Shown in pieces: positions 43,549 through 52,950 of a stretch of DNA of 64,000 nucleotides. Position numbers and translations under genes: made by a program. The DNA is from Candidatus Cryptobacteroides faecipullorum (GTDB lineage Bacteria; Bacteroidota; Bacteroidia; Bacteroidales; UBA932), in assembly GCA_017694885.1 (NCBI GenBank), contig JADIMH010000007.1:244-64243 (forward strand). Direction: 5' to 3'. The notes under the pieces are model-generated. The model did not search any database and was not told the origin of the DNA. It was given only the letters and a program-made list of their open reading frames with translations. Position 1 is the first letter of the stretch. Each line of letters starts with the position of its first letter.

Positions 43549-44475
43549 ATGAAAATACCATACGCCATAACCGCCGGCATCTGCTGCCTTGCTCTCGCTT
43601 CCTGCGAGGTCGAATTCGATTTCAGCGGCCTTGATGACAAGCCTCTTTTCCTGATAGACGGCCATCTGCAGGCAGACCCGTTCAATCCGGAATACGGCGA
43701 TTTCCAGATGTACCTGTATGCGGTACCGTCCGCCGCCGGAGAGCGTGAATTCAGCGAAGAAGCACGATGCACACTTAAAGTGTATAAGAATTCCGAACTC
43801 ATCGACACCAAAGACTACATTACCATAGAATCTTTTTACGGTCTCATTGCAGATAACTACAATATCGTGGCTGGAGATGAAATCACTGTTACCGCAGAAT
43901 CCGACGGATTCACTGTTGCTTCGGCAAAGACAGTCGTGCCCCGGAATCCGCCCGAAATAGAAGCATCATGCACTCAAGAGGGCGACAACCTGAAAATCCG
44001 TTTCTCCTTCGAGGACAATGCCGATACGGAGGATGCCTACGCACTGTGTTTCAGAGCGGTCACCACCTCCTCCAGGCCTGATGACATGGATACAGGCGGT
44101 CAGTCTCTCGAACTTCCGTCCGGAAATTCGTCCGGATCTTATTTTCATAATGCAGGACCGTTTGACGTAACATGGGAAGACGGATACCGGTATTACGGCA
44201 TTTTCGATGATTCCTTCAATGGACAACGGAAGGAATATGAAGTGACCGTACCATTCTTCCCGACAGGCAACGGTAACTCTTACCTTCGTATCGAGATACA
44301 GCATATTTCACCGGAAAGGCTGCGGTATGAGATTGCCTGCATCGACAAGGGCAGCAACGTCCTCGGCTTCATCGGCCTCTCTCCTGTCACTTTCGCCTAT
44401 ACCAATGTTTCAGGAGGCGCGGGCTGTCTCTCGAGCGGAAATACCGGCTATACGGAATGGATCGAAATTCCTTGA
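43549..44475 (+). CDS. DUF4249-like lipoprotein partner of the TonB-dependent receptor
   Basis: It has lipobox 'CCLALASCE'. Its size and its position immediately downstream of a TonB-dependent receptor match the common Bacteroidetes pairing. Confidence 0.6.
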   Translation: MKIPYAITAGICCLALASCEVEFDFSGLDDKPLFLIDGHLQADPFNPEYGDFQMYLYAVPSAAGEREFSEEARCTLKVYKNSELIDTKDYITIESFYGLIADNYNIVAGDEITVTAESDGFTVASAKTVVPRNPPEIEASCTQEGDNLKIRFSFEDNADTEDAYALCFRAVTTSSRPDDMDTGGQSLELPSGNSSGSYFHNAGPFDVTWEDGYRYYGIFDDSFNGQRKEYEVTVPFFPTGNGNSYLRIEIQHISPERLRYEIACIDKGSNVLGFIGLSPVTFAYTNVSGGAGCLSSGNTGYTEWIEIP

Positions 44476-44566
44476 AGAAACCACATCCAGACCACCGGGA
44501 ACATACAGTTTGAAATTTGACGACATAAATTTCAAAAACAGTTTCTTATTATACCGGGAAGATTCC

Positions 44567-44574
44567 TAATTTTG
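44567..44574 (+). promoter_or_regulatory. -7 promoter box (TAATTTTG) for the Fic gene
   Basis: It lies 32 nt upstream of the ATG at 44606. Confidence 0.4.
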
Positions 44575-44605
44575 TAGATTATTATAAAAATGAAGGTCAC
44601 TTTAT

Positions 44606-45760
44606 ATGGCTTCAGATTTCGATGAATACATACGGCAAGGAGATCCCGGCAAAAAAGGGAAAGCATATGCATGGAGCACGGCAATCGGACTGCAGGCAGT
44701 AGACGGGCTGACTACTTCTGATTATCTGAAAGATACTGCACGCCGTAATATTGAAGGCGAAATTTCAATCGATGAAGCAAGAAGTCTGATTCAGTCATAT
44801 TACCAGTCAAAAAGCAGCCGTAATCCGGATGAAGACGGCAGACAGGAGGCGGACAAAGTCTCGGCCAATATAGCAAAGATATTATCAACCCATACACTTG
44901 ATTTCAGCACGGACGGCTATATTGCCATCCACCGGAGAATCTTTTCCGGCATATTCAAGCATGCAGGGCAGATACGCAAATACGACATATCCAAAAAGGA
45001 GTGGGTACTTGACGGCGATTCCATAAGTTATCTGAATTGGGAAGATTTGCGGAGGGCAATGGATTACGACTTGGAACAGGAGCATGGTTTCAGTTATCAA
45101 GGACTGTCTGACGACATTATCGTCTCCCATATTACAAAGTTCGTTTCGGATCTCTGGCAGATTCATCCTTTTTGCGAGGGCAATACACGTACTACGGCCG
45201 TATTCCTTATCCAGTACTTGAGGTCTATCGGATTCAATGTTGACAATAACATGTTTGCAGACCATTCCTGGTATTTCCGAAATGCCCTGGTACGTGCAAA
45301 TTACAAGAACGCCCTGAAAGGAATAGACTATACCCCTGTCTATCTTGAACGGTTTCTCCGCAATCTCCTGCTGGGAGAACAGTGGGACCTGAAAAACAGG
45401 TATCTTCATATAAATCCTTCTGCAGAATGGACAAGTCAGCCGAATCTTGCCGACAGGACAAGTACAGGACAAGTACAGGACAAGTACAAAACAAGTACAA
45501 GACAAGCACGATATCTTGAGGATATAGGTCCGGACATTTTACGGATGCTGGAGATTATCGGGAAAGAACGGCTGTCGGCTAAAGAAATAATGGAACGGCT
45601 GAAGCTGAAAGGCAGGGATAATTTCCTGAATCTGTATCTTTCTCCTGCAATAAAAGCTGGACTTGTCACTGCCCTCCATCCTGACAAGCCCCGTCACCCC
45701 CGCCAGAAGTACATGCTGACTGAAAAAGGGCTGGAAATCATTCTCCGTCATCGTCAATGA
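44606..45760 (+). CDS. Fic/DOC-family protein with a C-terminal winged-helix-like extension
   Basis: It has Fic motif 'HPFCEGNTRTT' (HxFx[D/E]GNxR). The C-terminal roughly 90 aa are helix-rich ('ILRMLEIIGKERLSAKEIMERL'). Confidence 0.85.
   Translation: MASDFDEYIRQGDPGKKGKAYAWSTAIGLQAVDGLTTSDYLKDTARRNIEGEISIDEARSLIQSYYQSKSSRNPDEDGRQEADKVSANIAKILSTHTLDFSTDGYIAIHRRIFSGIFKHAGQIRKYDISKKEWVLDGDSISYLNWEDLRRAMDYDLEQEHGFSYQGLSDDIIVSHITKFVSDLWQIHPFCEGNTRTTAVFLIQYLRSIGFNVDNNMFADHSWYFRNALVRANYKNALKGIDYTPVYLERFLRNLLLGEQWDLKNRYLHINPSAEWTSQPNLADRTSTGQVQDKYKTSTRQARYLEDIGPDILRMLEIIGKERLSAKEIMERLKLKGRDNFLNLYLSPAIKAGLVTALHPDKPRHPRQKYMLTEKGLEIILRHRQ
45457..45511 (+). repeat. Five tandem copies of an 11-bp unit inside the Fic coding sequence
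   Basis: The units are GACAAGTACAG, GACAAGTACAG, GACAAGTACAA, AACAAGTACAA and GACAAGCACGA. Confidence 0.9.
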
Positions 45761-45900
45761 TATCGGAATAGAGAAATCCGAGTCCCCGAACAAAGAATTT
45801 TTCATAAGCCAATTACCGAAGTAATTGAATTTCAGCAATATGACAGTTCCATTACAGTTCAACTAAAAACAATTATCTGACAGTCAAGTATTTAAGCACG

Positions 45901-45937
45901 AAGTGCGATGTTCTGCAACATCGCACTTTATTTTTAA
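45901..45937 (+). terminator. Rho-independent terminator downstream of the Fic gene
   Basis: AAGTGCGATGTT (45901-45912) pairs with AACATCGCACTT (45917-45928), followed by TATTTTTAA. Confidence 0.75.
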
Positions 45938-46031
45938 TATATTAATCCATAATAATTTATGTAATATTATTTCTCCGTCTTTTGAGAGACGATTTCCGTT
46001 CCGGAATTTGGATTCCCGTCTGCCGCGACCA

Positions 46032-46039
46032 TAACTTTG
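46032..46039 (+). promoter_or_regulatory. -7 promoter box (TAACTTTG) upstream of the SDR gene
   Basis: It lies about 97 nt upstream of the ATG at 46136. Confidence 0.3.
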
Positions 46040-46135
46040 CAAAGGAAATCATACGGTTTTTATTTGGAATTACCCCTCCCGATTTTTTATTTTTGGTGCC
46101 GGAATTTTATTCATACAATTTAAATTATTGACATA

Positions 46136-46933
46136 ATGGAACTTGCAAAGACAGAAAGATTCGCTGTAGTAACCGGGGCCGGCTCGGGTCTGGGCAGGTG
46201 TTTCGCCCTTGAGCTTGCCGGACGGGGACTCAACACTATATTAGTGGACCTGAACAGGAGTTCAGCGGTAAAAGTGGCAGAAGAAGCACGCAGACTGGGA
46301 ACAGAAAGCATTTCCATAGAGGCGGATCTGACAGACAGGGAATCTGTCGGCAGGGTCTGCGACATAATATGCGGCAACTACAGGATTTTCGCTCTTGTCA
46401 ACAATGCCGGAGCAGGAGGTTCAGCCCGCTTCACGGAATGCCCGGACGGCTATATCGAACGTATTATCAGCCTTAATGTCACAGCCGTGGCTCTGCTTAC
46501 ACACAGGCTTCTTCCCAGTCTGATGAAAACGGACCGTGCATTTATCCTGAATGTATCCAGCATGGCGGCATTCACCCCTATCGGCTACAAGACAGTCTAT
46601 CCGGCCAGCAAACGGTTCATATATGACTTCACCCGTGGGCTGCGTGAGGAACTGAGGAATACCGGCATTTCACTGAGTGTCATCCATCCGGGACCTATGA
46701 AGACCAATCCTGATGTAACGGACAGGATAGAAAGGCAGGGAAGATTCGGCAGGATAGGATTGCTTTCCCCTGAGGAAGTGGCCCGCAAGGGAATCGAAGG
46801 CATGTTCAGAAGGGAGGCAGTCATCATTCCCGGACTTATGAACAAGTTCAACAAGATGCTGACCGATATCGTCCCGGCTCGAATAAGGCTCCCGCTGGTT
46901 TCAAGGATTGTCGCCCGTGAACTTCAACAATAA
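46136..46933 (+). CDS. Short-chain dehydrogenase/reductase (classical SDR)
   Basis: It has 'VTGAGSGLGR' (TGxxxGxG), 'NNAG' and the catalytic 'YPASK'. Confidence 0.85.
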   Translation: MELAKTERFAVVTGAGSGLGRCFALELAGRGLNTILVDLNRSSAVKVAEEARRLGTESISIEADLTDRESVGRVCDIICGNYRIFALVNNAGAGGSARFTECPDGYIERIISLNVTAVALLTHRLLPSLMKTDRAFILNVSSMAAFTPIGYKTVYPASKRFIYDFTRGLREELRNTGISLSVIHPGPMKTNPDVTDRIERQGRFGRIGLLSPEEVARKGIEGMFRREAVIIPGLMNKFNKMLTDIVPARIRLPLVSRIVARELQQ

Positions 46934-46937
46934 CGAA

Positions 46938-47930
46938 ATGCAGAATATGAAGAACATACTTGTCACCGGAGCAAACGGACTGCTCGGGACAAATGTCATC
47001 CACGCCCTTGTCGCCGCCGGCTATAATGCGACCGGTCTGCTTCGCCGCAAAGACTCTTTCAGAGGAGCATTGTCCTGCTCGCTGAAACTGGTGGAAGGAG
47101 ACATAACATCCCAAGCCGATGTCATGAGGGCCGCGGCCGGATGCGATGCCATAATCCACTGCGCCGCCTGCACTTCGCAAAAGGCCGGCATGAAGACATA
47201 CTATGATGTCAATCCGGGAGGCACCAGGAATATCCTTGAAGCCGCAAAGGAGCTCGGTATCAGACGGACAGTCAATATATCCACCGCCAACATATTCGCT
47301 TACGGAAGCCTTGAACATCCCGGAGACGAATCCGGGGAATCCGTTCCGCCGTTTTCGGAATCAGGATATGTATTGAGCAAGCTTGCGGCACAGGAGTGCT
47401 TGAAAGAATACAGCAAATACGTAGAGACCATAACATTATGTCCCACCTTCATGCTCGGCCCCTATGACTCGAAGCCAAGCTCGGGAAGGATAATACTGAT
47501 GGGATACAGAAAGAGGCTCATGTTCTATCCGCCGGGAGGGAAGAATTTCGTGGCTGTCCAGGATGTCGCCAGATGCGCGGTCTCGGCCTTGACAAAAGGA
47601 GTCCCCGGAACGGCCTATATCATCGGCGGGGAAAATATGTCCTATAAAGACTTTTTCAGGCTGATGTCAGAGCGTACAGACAATAAATGCCTTATGTTCA
47701 AAATACCGGAATGCATGCTTAAGGCCATAGGAAGACTTGGTTCATTGATTGAAAACAAATTAAATATCCCGAACGAATTCAATGCTGCCAACATGGAAAT
47801 GCTCTGCATCGGAAATTATTACGGCAGTGACAGAGCAGCCAAAGAACTCGGATTCTCATGCCGCCCTGTGTCCGAAGCTGTCGACGAAGCCATCGGATGG
47901 TTCCGGAAAGAAAAGTACATAAAAGAATAG
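46938..47930 (+). CDS. NAD-dependent epimerase/dehydratase-family (extended SDR) protein
   Basis: It has Rossmann 'VTGANGLLG' and 'YVLSK' (YxxxK). Confidence 0.8.
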   Translation: MQNMKNILVTGANGLLGTNVIHALVAAGYNATGLLRRKDSFRGALSCSLKLVEGDITSQADVMRAAAGCDAIIHCAACTSQKAGMKTYYDVNPGGTRNILEAAKELGIRRTVNISTANIFAYGSLEHPGDESGESVPPFSESGYVLSKLAAQECLKEYSKYVETITLCPTFMLGPYDSKPSSGRIILMGYRKRLMFYPPGGKNFVAVQDVARCAVSALTKGVPGTAYIIGGENMSYKDFFRLMSERTDNKCLMFKIPECMLKAIGRLGSLIENKLNIPNEFNAANMEMLCIGNYYGSDRAAKELGFSCRPVSEAVDEAIGWFRKEKYIKE

Positions 47931-48023
47931 GCACACCGTAAATGCCAAATTGGCAGTACCCGTGCTGTTATTCCGTAATTGTACATTTTTTGTATCGGCA
48001 TCAGGCATCAAAAATATTCCGTT

Positions 48024-48584
48024 ATGAGAAAGAATTTCGGGGCAAAACCCCTTTCATACCCGCAGCCGGTGTTCATCATCGCCACATACGGTGAGGACGG
48101 TACTCCGGACGCGATGAATGCCGCATGGGGCGGAATCAGCGAACAGAATGAGGTGAGTATGTGCCTCAGCGCGGGACACAAGACAGTGAAGAACATCCTG
48201 AAAAGAGGTGCATTTACCATAAGCATGGCAGATGCCGCGCATGTAGTGGAGTGCGACTATGTCGGGATAGTCTCAGGAAACAACACACCTGACAAATTCG
48301 CGAAAGCGGGATTTCATGCTGTAAAATCAGATTTCGTGGATGCTCCTCTTATCGAAGAACTGCCTGTAGCGATGGAATGCAGGCTGAAAGACTACAACCC
48401 TGACACATGCATACTGCGCGGTGAAATCGTAAATGTCAGCGCCGACGAGCGTGTCCTCGATGAAAACGGAAAAGTGGATGCAGCCAAGGCCGCTCCGATA
48501 ATTTTCGACCCATTCAACAACGAATATCTTAAAATCGGAGAAAAGGTCGGAAAGGCATTTTCCGATGGCAAACAGTTGAAATAG
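48024..48584 (+). CDS. Flavin reductase-like FMN-binding domain protein
   Basis: It has 'PQPVFIIATYGEDGTPDAMNAAWGG' and the size of the split-barrel flavin reductase family. Confidence 0.7.
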   Translation: MRKNFGAKPLSYPQPVFIIATYGEDGTPDAMNAAWGGISEQNEVSMCLSAGHKTVKNILKRGAFTISMADAAHVVECDYVGIVSGNNTPDKFAKAGFHAVKSDFVDAPLIEELPVAMECRLKDYNPDTCILRGEIVNVSADERVLDENGKVDAAKAAPIIFDPFNNEYLKIGEKVGKAFSDGKQLK

Positions 48585-48617
48585 ACCGGAAGGCATAATA
48601 TAAAATTTTTTCAGGCA

Positions 48618-49904
48618 ATGATCAAAAAAGAAGTACCGGTCCTGCTGCTGACAGGTTATCTCGGCAGCGGAAAGACCACCTTGGTAAACCATATACTTGC
48701 AAACAGGAAAGGAATTAAATTCGCCGTCATCGTCAATGATATCGGAGAAGTGAATATCGATGCGGACCTCATCCAGAAAGGAGGGGTCGTCGGCAAAAAG
48801 GACGACAGTCTGGTGGCTCTGCAGAACGGATGCATCTGCTGCACACTGAAGGCCGATCTCGTTGAACAGATCTACGAACTGATGTGCATGGAAAGGTTCG
48901 ACTACATCGTCATCGAGGCCAGCGGAATCTGCGAGCCGGATCCTATAGCCCAGACCATCAGTATGATACCGACTCTCGGAGAGGCTTACACAAAACATGG
49001 CATATGCCGCCTGGACTGCATAGTCACGGTAGTTGACGCATTGAGGATGCAGAGCGAATTTGCCAGCGGAGACAGCCTGACACGCAAGAACATAGATGAG
49101 GAAGATATCGAGAACCTGATAATCCAGCAGATAGAATTCTGCAATATCATCCTGCTTAACAAAGCCTCGGAAGTGAAGCCGGAAGAACTTGCCCGCATCA
49201 GACAGATTATCAGGACCCTGCAGCCTGGTGCCGAAATCATAGAGTGCGACTACGCGAATGTAGACCTGGACAGGATAATAAACACGAAAATGTTCAACTT
49301 CGACCGCGTGGCCACTTCCGCAGGCTGGGTCCGCGGAATCGACAGCCAGGCTACCGCAGAGGAAGAAATCGAAGCCCGCAACCCGGGCTGTCACATAGAA
49401 GCACATCACGATGACGCATCAGACAGTCACAACGGACATCACCACGAAGAGCATCATCATGACCATGAACATGATGAAGAAGGACATGACGGAGGTCACC
49501 ATCATCACCACCATCATCATGAAGGAGGTGAAGTCGAGGAATACGGTATAGGCACTTTCGTCTACTACCGACGCCCTGCATTCGACATCAACAAATTCGA
49601 CCATTTCGTAGCCAGAAAGTGGCCTTCAAGCATCATCAGGGCCAAAGGTATCTGCTACTTCACCGACAATACCGACATGTCCTACATGTTCGAGCAGGCA
49701 GGCAAGCAGAAAATGCTCAGGGAAGCGGGACAGTGGTATGCCACGGCGCCGGAAGAAGACAGGCTTCAGCTGATGAAACAGGACCCGAACTTCTTCAAGG
49801 ACTGGGACGGGAAATACGGTGACAGGATGCAGAAAATCGTCTTCATCGGCCAGCACATGGACAAGGAACAGATAATCCGCGACCTGGACGCCTGTCTGGA
49901 ATAG
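48618..49904 (+). CDS. COG0523/CobW-family metallochaperone GTPase with a His-rich insert
   Basis: It has P-loop 'GYLGSGKTT' and CxCC motif 'GCICCT'. The insert is 'HHDDASDSHNGHHHEEHHHDHEHDEEGHDGGHHHHHHHHEGG'. Confidence 0.88.
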   Translation: MIKKEVPVLLLTGYLGSGKTTLVNHILANRKGIKFAVIVNDIGEVNIDADLIQKGGVVGKKDDSLVALQNGCICCTLKADLVEQIYELMCMERFDYIVIEASGICEPDPIAQTISMIPTLGEAYTKHGICRLDCIVTVVDALRMQSEFASGDSLTRKNIDEEDIENLIIQQIEFCNIILLNKASEVKPEELARIRQIIRTLQPGAEIIECDYANVDLDRIINTKMFNFDRVATSAGWVRGIDSQATAEEEIEARNPGCHIEAHHDDASDSHNGHHHEEHHHDHEHDEEGHDGGHHHHHHHHEGGEVEEYGIGTFVYYRRPAFDINKFDHFVARKWPSSIIRAKGICYFTDNTDMSYMFEQAGKQKMLREAGQWYATAPEEDRLQLMKQDPNFFKDWDGKYGDRMQKIVFIGQHMDKEQIIRDLDACLE

Positions 49905-49907
49905 CCG

Positions 49908-50573
49908 TCAGGCCATCTTGTCCAACAGAAAACCGACTGTAATCTGTGTAAAATCATCTATTACCAGATTACAGTACGGTGCTATGGCCTCCCTGCTGTT
50001 GGTCGTAGCAAGGCCTACAACATAACCGCCGGAACCTTTAGCAGACTGCAATCCTGTAAATGAGTCTTCAAAAATAAAGGTGGACTCCGGCGCTGAACCG
50101 AAAGTCTTCATTCCGAGCAGATAGCAGTCAGGAGCCGGTTTCGATCTGGAGAAGTCTTCCCCGGTGAAAATCCTGTCGAACATCCCTTTGAATTCAGGAT
50201 GACGGGCATAGACATTCTCCATTTTCTTTCTGTTGGAACTTGTGACAACGGCACGCGGTATCCCCCTGCGCTGCAAGTCCGCAATAAATTCCAGCACTCC
50301 CGGGACATATTCATACGGCATGTCATGCTCGAATTGATCCAGAGCCGCTGTTATCTCTTTCTGCAGGGCCGTTTGCCCGGGAAAGAATACAGCATAGATA
50401 TTGTCAAGGGTCCTGCCCTTTATCCTGTCGCCGAAACCGGAATCCGAGAAGCATTTCTCCCCTATTCCCTGCCAGAACCCGCTGTAAAGTCCTTCAGTAT
50501 CGACTATCACACCGTCCAGATCGAAAAGGGCGGAGAAACGGCTTCCCATACCGGATAAATTGTTCGAATCCAT
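49908..50573 (-). CDS. HAD-superfamily hydrolase (beta-phosphoglucomutase-like subfamily IA)
   Basis: It has 'FDLDGVIVDTE' (DxDxT) and 'VTSS', with 'EDS' late in the sequence. Confidence 0.8.
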   Translation of the reverse strand: MDSNNLSGMGSRFSALFDLDGVIVDTEGLYSGFWQGIGEKCFSDSGFGDRIKGRTLDNIYAVFFPGQTALQKEITAALDQFEHDMPYEYVPGVLEFIADLQRRGIPRAVVTSSNRKKMENVYARHPEFKGMFDRIFTGEDFSRSKPAPDCYLLGMKTFGSAPESTFIFEDSFTGLQSAKGSGGYVVGLATTNSREAIAPYCNLVIDDFTQITVGFLLDKMA

Positions 50574-50584
50574 ATATGCAACCG

Positions 50585-50914
50585 CTAATTTGAAGAAACC
50601 ATCTTCAGTCCTATGATAGAAATGATAAGCGTGGAAATGAAGAAAAGACGCCAGAACCCGGCCGGTTCATTGAAGAAAAATATCCCGAGAAGAACAGTCC
50701 CTACCGCACCGATACCGGTCCAGACAGGATATGCCGTACCGATAGGGATGGTCTGTACCGCCTTGGCCAGCAAGAACATACTAAGCCCGAGACTGAGCAG
50801 GAAACCTGCTCCCCACAGATAATATTCAACTCCGGTCACCTCTTTCATTTTCCCGAGACAGAATGCAAAACCGGCTTCAAAGCATCCCGCGACGATAAGG
50901 ATCAGCCAATTCAT
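50585..50914 (-). CDS. sugE: SMR-family transporter of the SugE/Gdx type
   Basis: The 109-aa product has 4 TM helices and starts 'MNWLILIVAGCFEAGFAFCLG' with the conserved membrane Glu. The block 'GTAYPVWTGIGAVG' closely matches E. coli SugE. Confidence 0.85.
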   Translation of the reverse strand: MNWLILIVAGCFEAGFAFCLGKMKEVTGVEYYLWGAGFLLSLGLSMFLLAKAVQTIPIGTAYPVWTGIGAVGTVLLGIFFFNEPAGFWRLFFISTLIISIIGLKMVSSN

Positions 50915-50970
50915 TTTATACGATCGATTATTGTTCCATGCGGACAGCCGCCCATGCGTTGTCCGGGGTG

Positions 50971-50978
50971 CAAAGATA
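50971..50978 (-). promoter_or_regulatory. -7 promoter box (TATCTTTG on the minus strand) for sugE
   Basis: CAAAGATA on the plus strand lies 57 nt upstream of the start at 50914. Confidence 0.4.
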
Positions 50979-51021
50979 AGACTGTTGTCCGAGATTATGA
51001 GCGGTATTGTCAATAATTCAG

Positions 51022-51029
51022 TAAATTTG
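51022..51029 (+). promoter_or_regulatory. -7 promoter box (TAAATTTG) for the cupin/MATE genes
   Basis: It lies 21 nt upstream of the ATG at 51050. Confidence 0.4.
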
Positions 51030-51049
51030 CACGCGAAAAAAGTATTGCC

Positions 51050-51379
51050 ATGAATATAGATTTCGAAAAGATAGAACTTTCCGTCATCCCTAATTTCAAG
51101 GGAGGGGAAAAGGAACTCGCGGCCAGAATGTTCTTCGACGGGACAAACCGTATCATGAAGGCACGTCTCGTTCCTGGAGCATCCATCGGAATGCATACCC
51201 ATACGGGCAGCTGCGAAGTCATCTTCATCACCTCCGGACACGGTTCGGTCATCTTCGACGGAGAAAAGACCCCCGTAAGCGAAGGCATGTGCCACTACTG
51301 CCCAGAAGGACATACCCATAGCCTGATCAACGACTCGGACTCCGATCTGGAATTCCTTGCCGTAGTACCGAAGCAATAA
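51050..51379 (+). CDS. Cupin-domain protein
   Basis: It has the two cupin His motifs 'GMHTHTGSCEVIFITSGHG' and 'CPEGHTHSLIN'. Confidence 0.8.
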   Translation: MNIDFEKIELSVIPNFKGGEKELAARMFFDGTNRIMKARLVPGASIGMHTHTGSCEVIFITSGHGSVIFDGEKTPVSEGMCHYCPEGHTHSLINDSDSDLEFLAVVPKQ

Positions 51380-51406
51380 CACGGACAACGGATTCTCTCG
51401 TCGTTT

Positions 51407-52822
51407 ATGTCCGGTCAAGGAAAAAATAACCTGCTCAGGCTCATCCGTAACTGTGAACCTATGACTATGCGTCAGCAGCTGGAACTTACCGTCCAGCTGA
51501 GTATTCCTGCCATCATGGCCCAGCTGTCATCCATCCTGATGCAGTTCATAGACGCCTCGATGGTCGGCAGCCTCGGAGCGGAAGCGTCTGCATCAATCGG
51601 TCTGGTATCAACGACCACATGGCTGTTCATGGGACTCAGTTCCGCCGCCGCGACAGGATTCTCCGTACAGGTAGCGCATCTTCTGGGTGCAAAGGACCCT
51701 GAGAACGCCCGGTCAGTCCTGAGGCAGGGGCTATCTTCCGTATTGATCTTCAGCATCATACTTACTTCCATAGGATTAGCCGTCAGCGGTCCTCTGCCGC
51801 GTTGGCTCGGAGGAGGAGAAAGCATACTTGCAGATGCAAGCGGATACTTCAGGATATTCATCCTGTTCCTGCCGGCTTTCCAGATCAATGTGTTTGCCAG
51901 CGGCATGCTCCGCAGCAGCGGGAATATGAAAATCCCGAGTATGCTGAACATCCTGATGTGCATACTGGACATAATCTTCAATTTCTTCTTCATATTCCCG
52001 ACACGGGATACCGATATCCTTGGCCTTGCAGTCAGGATACCCGGGGCCGGGCTCGGAGTGGAAGGAGCCGCCCTGGGGACAGCAGCCGCCATGCTCGTGA
52101 CCGCCGCCCTTATGCTGTACTATCTCTGCTTCAGGTCCAATGAACTGGATATCGCCCGCCATAAAGGAAGATTCATGCCTACTTTCAAATGCCTCAAGAA
52201 TGCCGCAGGAATCGGAATTCCCATGGGCCTTGAAAGGATGATCATGTGCGGGGCTCAGATAATGTCAACGGTAATAGTAGCTCCGTTAGGTACCATAGCC
52301 ATCGCGGCCAACTCCTTCGCCATCACTGCGGAAAGCCTCTGCTATATGCCGGGGTACGGTATTGCCGATGCCGCGACGACACTCATCGGGCAGAGTATCG
52401 GGGCAAGAAGGAAGGAACTGACATGGAGTTTCGCGAAAATCACAGTCTTCATGGGTATGGCGGTAATGGCCGTGATGGGTGTCATCATGTACATTGCCGC
52501 ACCGGCAATAATAGGAATCATGACACCTGTGCAGGAAGTGACGGATCTCGGGGCTTCCGTACTAAGGATCGAGGCTTTCGCCGAACCGATGTATGCTGCC
52601 TCGATAGTAGCATACGGAATTTTCGTAGGAGCAGGCTCGACACTCGTCCCATGTATCATGAACCTGGGCAGCATGTGGGCCGTCCGGCTCAGCATAGCAG
52701 CTATCCTGGCTCCTTCACTCGGGCTGAAAGGAGTCTGGATAGCAATGTGCATAGAACTGTGCTTCAGGGGGATTATCTTCCTGATACGTCTGTTCCGCAA
52801 AAAGTGGCTTGAAAAAATATAG
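51407..52822 (+). CDS. MATE-family efflux transporter
   Basis: It has 12 TM helices and a MatE N-terminal block 'QLELTVQLSIPAIMAQLSSILMQFIDASMVGSLG'. Confidence 0.88.
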   Translation: MSGQGKNNLLRLIRNCEPMTMRQQLELTVQLSIPAIMAQLSSILMQFIDASMVGSLGAEASASIGLVSTTTWLFMGLSSAAATGFSVQVAHLLGAKDPENARSVLRQGLSSVLIFSIILTSIGLAVSGPLPRWLGGGESILADASGYFRIFILFLPAFQINVFASGMLRSSGNMKIPSMLNILMCILDIIFNFFFIFPTRDTDILGLAVRIPGAGLGVEGAALGTAAAMLVTAALMLYYLCFRSNELDIARHKGRFMPTFKCLKNAAGIGIPMGLERMIMCGAQIMSTVIVAPLGTIAIAANSFAITAESLCYMPGYGIADAATTLIGQSIGARRKELTWSFAKITVFMGMAVMAVMGVIMYIAAPAIIGIMTPVQEVTDLGASVLRIEAFAEPMYAASIVAYGIFVGAGSTLVPCIMNLGSMWAVRLSIAAILAPSLGLKGVWIAMCIELCFRGIIFLIRLFRKKWLEKI

Positions 52823-52852
52823 ACAAAACGGAAGGATGTCCCAAATGGTGTA

Positions 52853-52895
52853 ATTTCAAGGCTTGCGCAGATGAGAAAACCGCAGTGTACTGTCG
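52853..52895 (+). repeat. 43-bp dispersed element, copy 2
   Basis: ATTTCAAGGCTTGCGCAGATGAGAAAACCGCAGTGTACTGTCG lies between convergent genes, as copy 1 does. Confidence 0.8.
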
Positions 52896-52950
52896 TACAT
52901 GAGGATTTTCGAATCAAGCGTAACGAAGAAAGTACCCATTTGGGGCATCC

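Noticed and set aside
49351-49604. Small antisense ORFs lie opposite the His-rich tract of the COG0523 gene.
   Set aside because: They are by-products of the CAY-rich repeat. The sense-strand His tract is a known feature of COG0523 metallochaperones.
50915-50970. A guanidine riboswitch could lie in the sugE leader, given the hairpin CGGACA-N13-TGTCCG with an ACG-containing loop.
   Set aside because: The roughly 55-nt leader does not fit what I remember of the guanidine-I, -II (paired ACGR tetraloop hairpins) or -III consensus. It would need an Rfam scan to revisit.
50915-51418. The upstream 168 codons of the 277-aa ORF 50585-51418 could be part of the SMR gene.
   Set aside because: Only the last 109 codons match SugE/Gdx. 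The upstream part is antisense to a bona fide cupin gene (51050-51379) and crosses a divergent promoter region with two TAnnTTTG boxes.
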